Shown here: in pieces, positions 1-7,444 of the stretch | Position numbering within the stretch: position 1 is the first letter of the stretch | Layout: every line of letters starts with the position of its first letter | Origin: a virus | Direction: 5' to 3' (one strand) | Virus record (IMG/VR): IMGVR_UViG_3300005340_000040 | Location: 3,863 to 67,862 of that record | DNA length: 64,000 nucleotides | Translations under genes and position numbers: made by a program | The notes under the pieces: model-generated | Database searches by the model: none | What the model was told of the DNA's origin: nothing | What the model saw: the letters and a program-made list of their open reading frames with translations, nothing else

Positions 1-501
1 GTGCGCGGGCACCGTAGGACCAGCTTCAAGCGGATCAACCGCCGGTACCCCTGCATCCACCCAGGCCTGACGAAGGCGCACCTGGCGAAGCTGGTGGTCG
101 CGATCGACCAATCGCTCTCCGTCGACAACGAGATGCTCGAGATGTTCTTCGGTGAACTGGAGCAGGCCACGCGCCACGTCGACGTGACGATCCTACCGTT
201 CGACTGCGAGTGCGCCGAGAGCGACATCATCGAGTGGAAGCGCGGCACGCGCCCCGACCTGCGGAGGGTCCGGGCCGGTGGGACCAACTTCAGCGCGCCG
301 ACGGCGTTCGTGAACCACCCCAAGAACCGCGGCCGTTGGGACGGTTTCCTCATCATGACCGACGGCCAGGCGCCCGCCCCGATCCCGAGCCGCATCCGGC
401 GCGGATGGATCCTGGGGAAGGGTTGCAAGCTCGACTTCCCCTCGCAGGAGATCCAGGTGCACCTCAGCAACGAGCGCCAGATGACGGGCGCCTGGCGCTG
501 A
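1..501 (+). CDS. VWA-like domain protein (DUF2201-type), C-terminal part, truncated by window edge
   Basis: VVAIDQSLS (MIDAS-like DxSxS), GGTNF and LIMTDG motifs. Confidence 0.8.
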   Translation: MRGHRRTSFKRINRRYPCIHPGLTKAHLAKLVVAIDQSLSVDNEMLEMFFGELEQATRHVDVTILPFDCECAESDIIEWKRGTRPDLRRVRAGGTNFSAPTAFVNHPKNRGRWDGFLIMTDGQAPAPIPSRIRRGWILGKGCKLDFPSQEIQVHLSNERQMTGAWR

Positions 502-651
502 GGGACGTCCTGAGGATCAGGCGCTATTTCCAACCCGTTTTACCGGGCCGGGCCAATACATTCCGCTAGCCGGTGGGGGCACATGGGCTCTCTTCCACGC
601 TCAGCGTTAGCGTGGGGCCACGGACCGGCACCTTCGTCGGAGACAGGACTG

Positions 652-969
652 ATGACGCAAAAGCTGCCCAACGAGTACCAGGCCATGAGGGCTTCAAGGC
701 CCAAGCTGTACCTGCGGTTGATCTTCGGCCTCATCGTGCTGTTCGGCATCGTGGGGAACATCGCAGGTCACCGCGACACGTCGATGATGATCCTCATCAT
801 TACCGGCACGCTGTGGTGCTGCACGCGCATCATGGAGGAGGCCCTCGATGCCTGGCGTGCGCTGATGCTGCCCCCGCCCGATCCTCCCGGCGCGAGGCCC
901 TCCCGACCGTCCATGCCCAACGGCCGGCACGACGACGACCAGCCGCCTCGCGCGCCGGCCTGGGCCTGA
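652..969 (+). CDS. Small membrane protein with two TM helices
   Basis: Two hydrophobic segments; ATG at 652 follows ACAGGA; the ORF track extends it to 583. Confidence 0.55.
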   Translation: MTQKLPNEYQAMRASRPKLYLRLIFGLIVLFGIVGNIAGHRDTSMMILIITGTLWCCTRIMEEALDAWRALMLPPPDPPGARPSRPSMPNGRHDDDQPPRAPAWA

Positions 970-1011
970 AAACCCCACGGGCCGGATCTTCCGAGCCCAT
1001 ACCTAGAAGGG

Positions 1012-1233
1012 TTGAGGTTCGAACCCGGCCAGCTGGTCTCATTGCGCCCATGGTGCACGGAGGTCGTTCCGCTCTACCGCCGGCACTCCGACGACGGTCC
1101 CAGCACCGGTGAACTGCGCCCAGACGACGTTGCCGTCGTCCTGGGGCTGGGTCGCTCCGACGGCAGCGCCGTCTACGTCATGGCTGGTGCTGGGATGGGC
1201 TGGACGTTCGGAGCGTTGCTGCGCTACGCGTAG
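1012..1233 (+). CDS. Hypothetical protein (small beta-rich, FxPGQLV start)
   Basis: ORF with GC3-rich codons just downstream of an ATACCTAG motif. Confidence 0.55.
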   Translation: MRFEPGQLVSLRPWCTEVVPLYRRHSDDGPSTGELRPDDVAVVLGLGRSDGSAVYVMAGAGMGWTFGALLRYA

Positions 1234-1314
1234 CCGGTCGAGCAAAATTGCGCCCGGTGAGCTGAATTGTTTTCCAAGCTGCGGATCCTAGCATATAGCT
1301 ACAAAGAACCCAAC

Positions 1315-1387
1315 GGTCCCATCTTCTAACGGCACAGGATGCTACCCTCTCACGGTGGCGATACGGGTTCGAATCCCGTTGGGATCG
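1315..1387 (+). tRNA. trnE: tRNA-Glu(CTC)
   Basis: Cloverleaf; anticodon arm CTACC-CT-CTC-AC-GGTGG; TTCGAAT T-loop. Confidence 0.9.
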
Positions 1388-1568
1388 CTGATCAGGAAAC
1401 GACGATGAGCACTCGTAGGCCAGCATGCACGTTGAGAGCGGGAGGCACCTGCCACCCGTCGTCCGTGCGCGGCTCGCTGCTTCCGTTTCCCAGGCCGCGC
1501 CCCCATAGGGGTTGAACAGCGGCTAGCCGGGCAGGGACGACCGGCGTAGGTAGACAGCAGAGAAGAAA

Positions 1569-1642
1569 CGGGGCGTAGCTCAACCCGGTAGAGCACGTGC
1601 TTTGGGTGCACGCCGTTGGCGGTTCAACTCCGCCCGCCCCGA
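1569..1642 (+). tRNA. trnP: tRNA-Pro(TGG)
   Basis: CGTGC-TT-TGG-GT-GCACG; C1-G72, A73. Confidence 0.92.
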
Positions 1643-1644
1643 CA

Positions 1645-1683
1645 ATGCGGACCACCCGGTGGGCTGCATCGTTCATTGACAAC
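1645..1683 (+). promoter_or_regulatory. Hairpin followed by boxA-like sequence (candidate antitermination site)
   Basis: ATGCGG-ACCAC-CCG-GTGG-GCTGCAT hairpin, then GTTCATTGACAAC resembling rrn boxA. Confidence 0.4.
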
Positions 1684-1700
1684 CTGCGTTTCCTTACGAA

Positions 1701-1773
1701 GGGGTGCTAGCTCAGCTGGCAGAGCGCCTGCCTTACAAGCAGGAGGTCGGGGGTTCGAAACCCTCACGCCCCA
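1701..1773 (+). tRNA. trnV: tRNA-Val(TAC)
   Basis: CCTGC-CT-TAC-AA-GCAGG. Confidence 0.93.
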
Positions 1774-1774
1774 C

Positions 1775-1850
1775 CGGGTTGTGGCGAAGCTTGGTTTATC
1801 GCGCCCGTCTGGGGGACGGGAGATCGCCGGTTCGAGTCCGGCCAACCCGA
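1775..1850 (+). tRNA. trnP: tRNA-Pro(GGG)
   Basis: CCCGT-CT-GGG-GG-ACGGG. Confidence 0.93.
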
Positions 1851-1851
1851 C

Positions 1852-1971
1852 AGCAGCGAAGCACCACCAAACGGTGACCGTAGAACCCCGGTTGTGCACA
1901 CCAGGGAGCCGTGGCAGGCGAATCGACGCCAATGGCGCTTGTACCTGGACAGCATGGTGCGATTCTCTGCT
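1852..1971 (+). ncRNA. Candidate structured ncRNA within tRNA array
   Basis: Ends pair (AGCAG..GAA.GCACCA / TGGTGC..TTC.CTGCT); inner CCAGG..CCTGG stem; flush between two tRNAs. Confidence 0.4.
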
Positions 1972-1975
1972 CATT

Positions 1976-2050
1976 GCTAGCAATGCTCGTGTTGGACAGA
2001 GCGCCTCACTCGTAACGAGGACCGAGCCGGTTCGAGCCCGGCTGCTAGCT
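1976..2050 (+). tRNA. trnT: tRNA-Thr(CGT)
   Basis: CCTCA-CT-CGT-AA-CGAGG (A-C mismatch at 31-39); CCA follows. Confidence 0.85.
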
Positions 2051-2051
2051 C

Positions 2052-2123
2052 CAGGGCGTATATCAGCGGCAGATTGCGTGGTCCGGAACCATGAGGACGG
2101 GAGTTCGAGTCTCCCCGCCCTGA
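2052..2123 (+). tRNA. trnP: tRNA-Pro(CGG), C33/A37 variant
   Basis: CGTGG-TC-CGG-AA-CCATG. Confidence 0.85.
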
Positions 2124-2149
2124 CGTAGAGAGATCGGTAGAATGTTCAT

Positions 2150-2221
2150 GTGAGGGTAGCTGAGATGGAGTAGCGCCTGCCTGAAGAGCAGGAGACGTCG
2201 GTTCGAGTCCGACCCCTCGCA
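2150..2221 (+). tRNA. trnF: tRNA-Phe(GAA)
   Basis: CCTGC-CT-GAA-GA-GCAGG. Confidence 0.9.
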
Positions 2222-2222
2222 C

Positions 2223-2294
2223 GTCGTGGTACGCCAAAGGTGAGCGGCGTGGCTGCAAACCACGTGCATGCTGGTTCAAATCCGGCCCACGACT
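2223..2294 (+). tRNA. trnC: tRNA-Cys(GCA)
   Basis: CGTGG-CT-GCA-AA-CCACG; U73. Confidence 0.9.
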
Positions 2295-2303
2295 CCCGCT
2301 CAA

Positions 2304-2375
2304 GCTGGCGTAGCCAAGCGGCACGGCCCCTCCTCGGTAGGGAGGCACACGTGGGTTCGAATCCCACCGCCAGCT
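2304..2375 (+). tRNA. trnT: tRNA-Thr(GGT), C33 variant
   Basis: CCTCC-TC-GGT-AG-GGAGG. Confidence 0.87.
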
Positions 2376-2388
2376 CCCAACAGCCCAT

Positions 2389-2459
2389 GCGATCGTGGCC
2401 GAGGGGCAAGGCACCACGTTCCCAACGTGGACACACGGGTTCGAACCCCGTCGATCGCT
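2389..2459 (+). tRNA. trnG: tRNA-Gly(CCC)
   Basis: CCACG-TT-CCC-AA-CGTGG; U73. Confidence 0.92.
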
Positions 2460-2476
2460 CCTGCATGCGTGTTTCC

Positions 2477-2560
2477 GTGCCCATGAGGAACAGGTAGACT
2501 GGGCGATCTTAAAAATCGCCGCTCCTAGCGAGCGTGCAGGTTCGAACCCTGCTGGGCACA
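2477..2560 (+). tRNA. trnL: tRNA-Leu(TAA)
   Basis: GCGAT-CT-TAA-AA-ATCGC; long variable arm; A73. Confidence 0.9.
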
Positions 2561-2565
2561 CGTAC

Positions 2566-2642
2566 GCTGCCGTAGCTCAATCCGGCAGAGCACTCGACTT
2601 GTAATCGAGAGGTTGCGGGTTCGACCCCCGCGGGCAGCTCCA
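2566..2642 (+). tRNA. trnT: tRNA-Thr(TGT)
   Basis: CTCGA-CT-TGT-AA-TCGAG; encoded CCA. Confidence 0.93.
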
Positions 2643-2683
2643 GGCCTTGTACCGTGGACCCCCGAGGGGTGTACGGTCACGGC

Positions 2684-2827
2684 ATGAAGAACAAGCTCAA
2701 GCTGATCATCGGAGCAATCGTCGTCGTGGGCGGGATGCTGGTCTACAAGGCCCGCTTCGACGCAGCGGAACGCAAGAAGGAGGAGAGCAAGAGGCCGCCG
2801 CGCAAGGATGGCTGCGCCTGCAGCTGA
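2684..2827 (+). CDS. 47-aa membrane-anchored protein (MKNKLKLIIGAIVVVGG...DGCACS), not in the ORF track
   Basis: Basic N-terminus plus TM helix; ATG lies 6 nt after a -10-like TACGGT. Confidence 0.6.
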   Translation: MKNKLKLIIGAIVVVGGMLVYKARFDAAERKKEESKRPPRKDGCACS

Positions 2828-2834
2828 AAATCAT

Positions 2835-2910
2835 GGTGAACGTGGTGTGCAGTGGTTCGCACGGCCGGCTGTGACCCGGCAGGAGGTGGGTTCGAGTCCC
2901 CCCGTTCACC
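2835..2910 (+). tRNA. trnH: tRNA-His(GTG)
   Basis: GCCGG-CT-GTG-AC-CCGGC; encoded G-1 and C73. Confidence 0.92.
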
Positions 2911-2914
2911 CCGA

Positions 2915-2989
2915 GGCCCCATCTTCTAAAAGGTTCAGGATGCTAGCCCTTCAAGCTGGTCGATGCGGGTTCGAACCCCGCTGGGGTCG
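2915..2989 (+). tRNA. trnE: tRNA-Glu(TTC), C33 variant
   Basis: CTAGC-CC-TTC-AA-GCTGG. Confidence 0.88.
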
Positions 2990-3029
2990 CGGAAGCGGCA
3001 TATCCAACATGCTGAACGATGAGAATAAC

Positions 3030-3116
3030 GCCACCGTGGTGGAATTCCCGGTAGACTCGCGACGTTGAGAGCGTCGTGCCCGAAAGGGCGTGCGGGTTCG
3101 AACCCCGCCGGTGGCA
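3030..3116 (+). tRNA. trnL: tRNA-Leu(GAG)
   Basis: CGACG-TT-GAG-AG-CGTCG; long variable arm. Confidence 0.92.
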
Positions 3117-3129
3117 CCCAACGGTACAT

Positions 3130-3218
3130 GCTAACGTGGTGAAAATTACGGTAGACACGCTACGCTCAGAACGTAGAGCCCCTCACGGGGTGTGGGGGTT
3201 CGAGTCCCCCCGTTAGCA
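3130..3218 (+). tRNA. trnL: tRNA-Leu(CAG)
   Basis: CTACG-CT-CAG-AA-CGTAG; long variable arm. Confidence 0.92.
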
Positions 3219-3222
3219 CAAC

Positions 3223-3297
3223 GCCCCGGTAGCTCAGCGGAACGAGAGCGCCACGCTTCGAACGTGGGGGTCGTGGGTTCGAACCCCACCCGGGGCT
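3223..3297 (+). tRNA. trnR: tRNA-Arg(TCG)
   Basis: CCACG-CT-TCG-AA-CGTGG; A20. Confidence 0.92.
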
Positions 3298-3305
3298 CCC
3301 ATCAT

Positions 3306-3391
3306 GCCGTCGTGGTGTAATTGGTAGGCACAGCGCGTTTAGAGCGCGCCGCCCCGGGAGGGGCGTGGGGGTTCGAGTCCCCCCGGCGGCA
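3306..3391 (+). tRNA. trnL: tRNA-Leu(TAG)
   Basis: GCGCG-TT-TAG-AG-CGCGC; long variable arm. Confidence 0.92.
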
Positions 3392-3409
3392 CGGTGAAAG
3401 GACGGGTCC

Positions 3410-3874
3410 ATGCAGTTCTTCGTGCGCAGCAGGTTCGATGCGGAATCAATGGGCGATGAGCACGCCGGTGAACCGCACCTGATCATCTCGGTGTCATGCC
3501 CGGGCGACCCGCCGGCGCGGCTCCCCACGTGGCCCACCACCCTGCACGTGGAGCGGCTCCAGTTCAGCGACATGGACTCAGCCGCCGGCCTCCACGAGAG
3601 CGTGGCGCACGAGCTCTTCACGCGCGAACAGGCCGCTAGCATCCTGCGGGCCGTGAAGCGGCATGCCAACGCTGAGCGCATCATCGTCCACTGCGGCGCC
3701 GGCCTCAGCAGGTCACCTGCCATCGCCGCAGCCCTCACGAAAATTCTTGGGGGCGACGATTCAGGGTACTTCAAGCGCTACATGCCCAATATGTGGGTGT
3801 ACCGCCTGCTCCTTGAGGAGCACAGGTCGCAGCTCGACGCTCAGGCCCCCAGCGGGGCTGGTGCGGGCTGCTAG
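3410..3874 (+). CDS. Cys-based (CX5R) tyrosine/dual-specificity phosphatase-like protein
   Basis: IIVHCGAGLSRS signature. Confidence 0.85.
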   Translation: MQFFVRSRFDAESMGDEHAGEPHLIISVSCPGDPPARLPTWPTTLHVERLQFSDMDSAAGLHESVAHELFTREQAASILRAVKRHANAERIIVHCGAGLSRSPAIAAALTKILGGDDSGYFKRYMPNMWVYRLLLEEHRSQLDAQAPSGAGAGC

Positions 3875-3880
3875 CACATT

Positions 3881-3953
3881 CTCCACGTAGCTCATCGGAC
3901 AGAGCGCCCGTCTGCGAAGCGGGAGGTAGGGGGTTCGAGTCCCCCCGTGGAGG
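3881..3953 (+). tRNA. trnR: tRNA-Arg(GCG)
   Basis: CCCGT-CT-GCG-AA-GCGGG. Confidence 0.9.
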
Positions 3954-3955
3954 CG

Positions 3956-4429
3956 ATGAACGCACCCGTCGAGTGGGAGGTCGTGCCGGCGGAGTCCAGG
4001 CTATCGCCGCCGGAAGCATCGCGTGCCAGGAAGCTCCTCGTCACCGGCGACCGTGGGTGGAACGACGTCGAGCGCGTCGTGGAGGTGCTGGGCATGTTCA
4101 CGCACGGGACGGTGCTGGTCCATGGAGCGTGCCGCGGCGCCGACGTCGTGTGCGCTGCCGTCGGGGAGGCGATGGGCTTCAACCTGCATGCCTACCCAGC
4201 CGACTGGGCCAACCACGGCCGCGCAGCGGGCCCCATCAGGAACCAACGCATGATCACCTGCGAGCACCTCGACCATGATCCGATCGACCTCTGCCTCGCG
4301 TTCCACAACGACATCGTGAATAGCAGGGGCACCGCCGACATGGCGAGGCGCACGGTGAGGACGGGCATCCGCTGCATCCTGTTCACCTCCGCCTACGAGC
4401 TGCGTCCCGTCCTGGCGGGCGTGCGTTGA
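3956..4429 (+). CDS. SLOG-family (DUF2493/YspA-like) protein
   Basis: LVTGDRGW, LVHGACRGAD and ADW..HGRAAGPIRNQRM motifs. Confidence 0.85.
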   Translation: MNAPVEWEVVPAESRLSPPEASRARKLLVTGDRGWNDVERVVEVLGMFTHGTVLVHGACRGADVVCAAVGEAMGFNLHAYPADWANHGRAAGPIRNQRMITCEHLDHDPIDLCLAFHNDIVNSRGTADMARRTVRTGIRCILFTSAYELRPVLAGVR

Positions 4430-5100
4430 ACATCGGCACCACGTTGGCTAGAATGGCACCGGTGCGTGCGCTGGGTAGGCCATGGATCGTTCGCTTGCTG
4501 TGCGCCGGCGCGTTGGCGACGGCGTCCCACGCCCGAGCGCAGCCGCTAGCGCCCCCGCGGCGCGACCACGACATGGTCCGGACGCCCATAGAGCAAGGCG
4601 AGCTCACGACCGTCCTGCGCGAGGGGCACCTGCAGGCCTACGGCGTCCTCCCCGGGCAGAACCGCTTGATCATGGCCTGGGCGCAGGTGGCCCTCGAGAA
4701 CGGCATGGGCAGGTACGCCTACAACCACAACCTAGGGAACCTCGTCCCCAGCCGCGGGCAGGACAGCTTCTACAGCGCGGGCGACAAGCATCGCTATCGG
4801 CACTTCGACAGCTTCATAGACGCCGCGGGGGCGTACTGGAGGGTGCTGGGCCGGTGCCCCCCAGCGCTCAGGGCGTTCGACGCCGGTAACCCCCGACGGG
4901 CGGCAGCGGCGCTTCGCGGCTGCGCCTACTTCGAGGCACCGGTGGAGGCGTACGCTGAGGGGTTGGTCGGGCTGCAGCGCTACGCGTACCCGAACGCACT
5001 GACCGAGGAGATGCGTGAAGAGCACCAACGAATCGTCCAGGCCAGCATCGACCCAGCACGCTGCGTCCCAACCCCCGACGATCTCCTCATTTCGAGGTGA
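4426..5100 (+). CDS. GH73/FlgJ-like peptidoglycan hydrolase with N-terminal signal-like segment
   Basis: AQVALENG..G...NHNLGN, YRHFDS and late Y motifs; start uncertain. Confidence 0.6.
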   Translation: MNIGTTLARMAPVRALGRPWIVRLLCAGALATASHARAQPLAPPRRDHDMVRTPIEQGELTTVLREGHLQAYGVLPGQNRLIMAWAQVALENGMGRYAYNHNLGNLVPSRGQDSFYSAGDKHRYRHFDSFIDAAGAYWRVLGRCPPALRAFDAGNPRRAAAALRGCAYFEAPVEAYAEGLVGLQRYAYPNALTEEMREEHQRIVQASIDPARCVPTPDDLLISR

Positions 5101-5503
5101 GTTCTGGTTCCTCAGCAACTTCTACGCAGCGTCGATCTGGGTCGACGGTGAGAGGTACGCCACCGTCGAGCACGCCTACCAAGCAGCCAAGACCGACGAC
5201 CTGGCCTCGCGCCGCCTGATACGCGAGGCAGCGACCCCCGCGATCGCAAAGCGCCTGGGTCGCTGCTGCGGCCTGGCCCCCGACTGGGACTCGCGGCGGT
5301 TGGGCGTGATGCTCGACCTCGTGCGAAAGAAGTTCGAGAACCCGCTCCTACGGGCCATGCTGCTGGCGACGGAGGATGCGGTGCTGGTCGAGGGCAACAC
5401 CTGGAACGATACGTTCTGGGGCGTCTGCCGCGGCCGGGGCGAGAACTGGTTGGGCCGCATCCTGATGCAGGTCCGTGAAGAGTGCCGACAGCAGTCCACG
5501 TGA
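5015..5503 (+). CDS. NADAR (YbiA/DUF1768) family protein
   Basis: FLSNFY, TVEHAYQAAK, LVEGNTWNDTFWG, GENWLGRILMQVR. Confidence 0.92.
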   Translation: MKSTNESSRPASTQHAASQPPTISSFRGEFWFLSNFYAASIWVDGERYATVEHAYQAAKTDDLASRRLIREAATPAIAKRLGRCCGLAPDWDSRRLGVMLDLVRKKFENPLLRAMLLATEDAVLVEGNTWNDTFWGVCRGRGENWLGRILMQVREECRQQST

Positions 5504-5517
5504 AGAAGTCAAAACAC

Positions 5518-5592
5518 CTCCTCGTAGCTCAGCGGAATCAGAGCGCCCGCCTCCTAAGCGGGAAGTCGCCGGTTCGAATCCGGCCGGGGAGA
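5518..5592 (+). tRNA. trnR: tRNA-Arg(CCT)
   Basis: CCCGC-CT-CCT-AA-GCGGG. Confidence 0.93.
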
Positions 5593-5611
5593 CAGCATCG
5601 TCCACGCCCAC

Positions 5612-5684
5612 CTCCTCGTAGCTCAGCGGACAGAGCACCAGGCTCCGAACCTGGGGGCCGCGCGTTCAAGTCGCGCCGAGGAGG
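5612..5684 (+). tRNA. trnR: tRNA-Arg(CCG)
   Basis: CCAGG-CT-CCG-AA-CCTGG. Confidence 0.92.
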
Positions 5685-5697
5685 CCTTCCTACGCAT

Positions 5698-5772
5698 GCC
5701 CCCGTGGCTCGAGCGGACGTAGGCGTCCGCCTTCTAAGCGGAAGAAGGCAGGTTCGAATCCTGCCGGGGGCG
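5698..5772 (+). tRNA. trnR: tRNA-Arg(TCT)
   Basis: TCCGC-CT-TCT-AA-GCGGA. Confidence 0.92.
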
Positions 5773-5855
5773 CTGCACCGAATTCGCGGTCCCTGGACGG
5801 AGTAGTGTGGTCTAGGACGGTCTGATTGGGTCCGAGCGACCCGAGGAGAAGCCTC

Positions 5856-6134
5856 ATGACGATGCTCGCGAGGGACAAGAAGGACTGCAGCAGGCGAAAG
5901 TCGACGGGCGGCGGCCGACGTCCCGACCTCAGGAACATCCGCAGGGAGGAGGCCAGCGCTCGTCAGGCGTCATGGTCGCTCCTCAGCGCTGAAAAGCAGC
6001 TTGCCGAGCTCGACCGTCGCTTGGGTAAGGGGATTGGGGCCGTGAAGCAGCGTGCCCGCCTCGCGGTTCGTGTCGAACGTACGAAGATGGTCACCACGAA
6101 CCAGCAACCGACGAAGAGCTCCAGATCACGCTAG
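5856..6134 (+). CDS. Small basic hypothetical protein
   Basis: GAGGAG SD before ATG 5856; K/R-rich helical sequence QLAELDRRLGKGIGA. Confidence 0.65.
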   Translation: MTMLARDKKDCSRRKSTGGGRRPDLRNIRREEASARQASWSLLSAEKQLAELDRRLGKGIGAVKQRARLAVRVERTKMVTTNQQPTKSSRSR

Positions 6135-6174
6135 GCCCACGACCAGCGTTCCTTCGCTTAGCCTTCGCTTCGAC

Positions 6175-6246
6175 GACCGCTTAGCTCAGCGGTAGAGCGC
6201 CTGCCCGACGAGCAGGAGGTCGCTGGTTCGAACCCAGCAGCGGTCA
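6175..6246 (+). tRNA. trnV: tRNA-Val(GAC), C33 variant
   Basis: CCTGC-CC-GAC-GA-GCAGG. Confidence 0.9.
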
Positions 6247-6248
6247 CG

Positions 6249-6644
6249 ATGAGCACCGACACGAAGCAGGTCATCGTGGTCAGGCGTGACCTGAACATGC
6301 GCAAGGGCAAGCTGGCCGCCCAGGTCGCGCATGCCAGCGTGAAGTTCCTGGTCGAGAACAACGAGTCAGACCGCGGCGACGCGCTCCTCGTACGATTGAC
6401 GCCCGATGAGGCATCGTGGCTCCTGGGCGAGGGCGGCAGCACCAAGATCGTCGTAGGCGTCGACACCGAGGGCGCCCTGCAGGACCTGATCTTCAGGGCG
6501 AAGCTCCTGGGCATCGAGGCGTTCCCGATCGTCGACGCCGGGCGCACGGAGTTCAACGGTGTGCCAACGTTGACGTGCGCTGCCTTCGGCCCCGCCGCGG
6601 CGGCGGCGCTCGACGAGCTGACGGGGAACCTGAAGCTCCTGTGA
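6249..6644 (+). CDS. pth2: Peptidyl-tRNA hydrolase, Pth2 type
   Basis: VVRRDLNMRKGKLAAQVAHA, DAGRTE and FGP..LDELTGNLKLL motifs. Confidence 0.95.
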   Translation: MSTDTKQVIVVRRDLNMRKGKLAAQVAHASVKFLVENNESDRGDALLVRLTPDEASWLLGEGGSTKIVVGVDTEGALQDLIFRAKLLGIEAFPIVDAGRTEFNGVPTLTCAAFGPAAAAALDELTGNLKLL

Positions 6645-6664
6645 GCGGACGACTTGCATGATAC

Positions 6665-6749
6665 GGAAGCGTACTCAAGCGGCTGACGAGGCCCGCTTGC
6701 TAAGCGGGAGGCCCTACGGGGTCCATGGGTTCGAATCCCATCGCTTCCT
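6665..6749 (+). tRNA. trnS: tRNA-Ser(GCT)
   Basis: CCCGC-TT-GCT-AA-GCGGG; long variable arm. Confidence 0.92.
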
Positions 6750-6758
6750 CGAACACGT

Positions 6759-6845
6759 GGAGGGTTGGCTGAGAGGACTAAGGCGGCCGCCTTGAAAGCG
6801 GCAGGGGCCCATGGGCTCCCGGGGGTTCGAATCCCTCACCCTCCT
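6759..6845 (+). tRNA. trnS: tRNA-Ser(TGA)
   Basis: GCCGC-CT-TGA-AA-GCGGC; long variable arm. Confidence 0.93.
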
Positions 6846-6883
6846 CGGGCGGGAAATCCAGGCAATGAGCGGGAGGACGATGC

Positions 6884-7114
6884 ATGCCGACGCGTAAGAT
6901 CAACGATGCATGGCCGGGCGCAGCTAGCGGAACGCACCCACCGTGCCACGACCGTGAGCACCGACCGCCCAACATGCAGGTCTTCGAACCTGGAACGTAC
7001 GAGCACGAGTGCCCCTCCTGCCGGCAACGAACCGTGTTCACCGTGAACGGTTTCACACATGGAAGCGTGGCTGAGAGGCCCAAGGCGCCCACCTCGAAAG
7101 TGGGATGGCGGTGA
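6884..7114 (+). CDS. Small Zn-binding hypothetical protein whose 3' end overlaps tRNA-Ser(CGA)
   Basis: GGAGG SD; C..H..PP...EHECPSC. Confidence 0.55.
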   Translation: MPTRKINDAWPGAASGTHPPCHDREHRPPNMQVFEPGTYEHECPSCRQRTVFTVNGFTHGSVAERPKAPTSKVGWR

Positions 7115-7150
7115 TGAACCGCCACGTGGGTTCGAATCCCACCGCTTCCT
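7061..7150 (+). tRNA. trnS: tRNA-Ser(CGA)
   Basis: CCCAC-CT-CGA-AA-GTGGG; long variable arm. Confidence 0.93.
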
Positions 7151-7151
7151 C

Positions 7152-7240
7152 GGAGGAATGGCTGAGAGGTTGAAGGCACCACGTTGGAATCGTGGCGGGC
7201 CCCCGCTGGGGCCCCACGGGTTCGAATCCCGTTTCCTCCT
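7152..7240 (+). tRNA. trnS: tRNA-Ser(GGA)
   Basis: CCACG-TT-GGA-AT-CGTGG; long variable arm. Confidence 0.93.
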
Positions 7241-7257
7241 CCGACGAGACAGACGAC

Positions 7258-7329
7258 GCAGGCATAGCACAACAGGTAGTGCGCCACCTTGCCATGGTGA
7301 TGATGCGGGTTCGAGCCCCGCTGCCCGCT
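7258..7329 (+). tRNA. trnG: tRNA-Gly(GCC)
   Basis: CCACC-TT-GCC-AT-GGTGA; U73. Confidence 0.88.
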
Positions 7330-7361
7330 CCCTCCTGCTCCAGTACGCGGAGCGAAGGATC

Positions 7362-7434
7362 GCGGACGTGGTGTTCAAGGGCAGCATGGCTGGCTTCCAA
7401 CCAGCAGGTACCGGTTCGACCCCGGTCGTCCGCT
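7362..7434 (+). tRNA. trnG: tRNA-Gly(TCC)
   Basis: GCTGG-CT-TCC-AA-CCAGC; U73. Confidence 0.92.
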
Positions 7435-7444
7435 CGAGGTTCAG

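Noticed and set aside
6759-6845. tRNA with TGA anticodon as a stop suppressor
   Set aside because: Anticodon UGA reads the Ser codon UCA, and the body is a normal long-arm tRNA-Ser.
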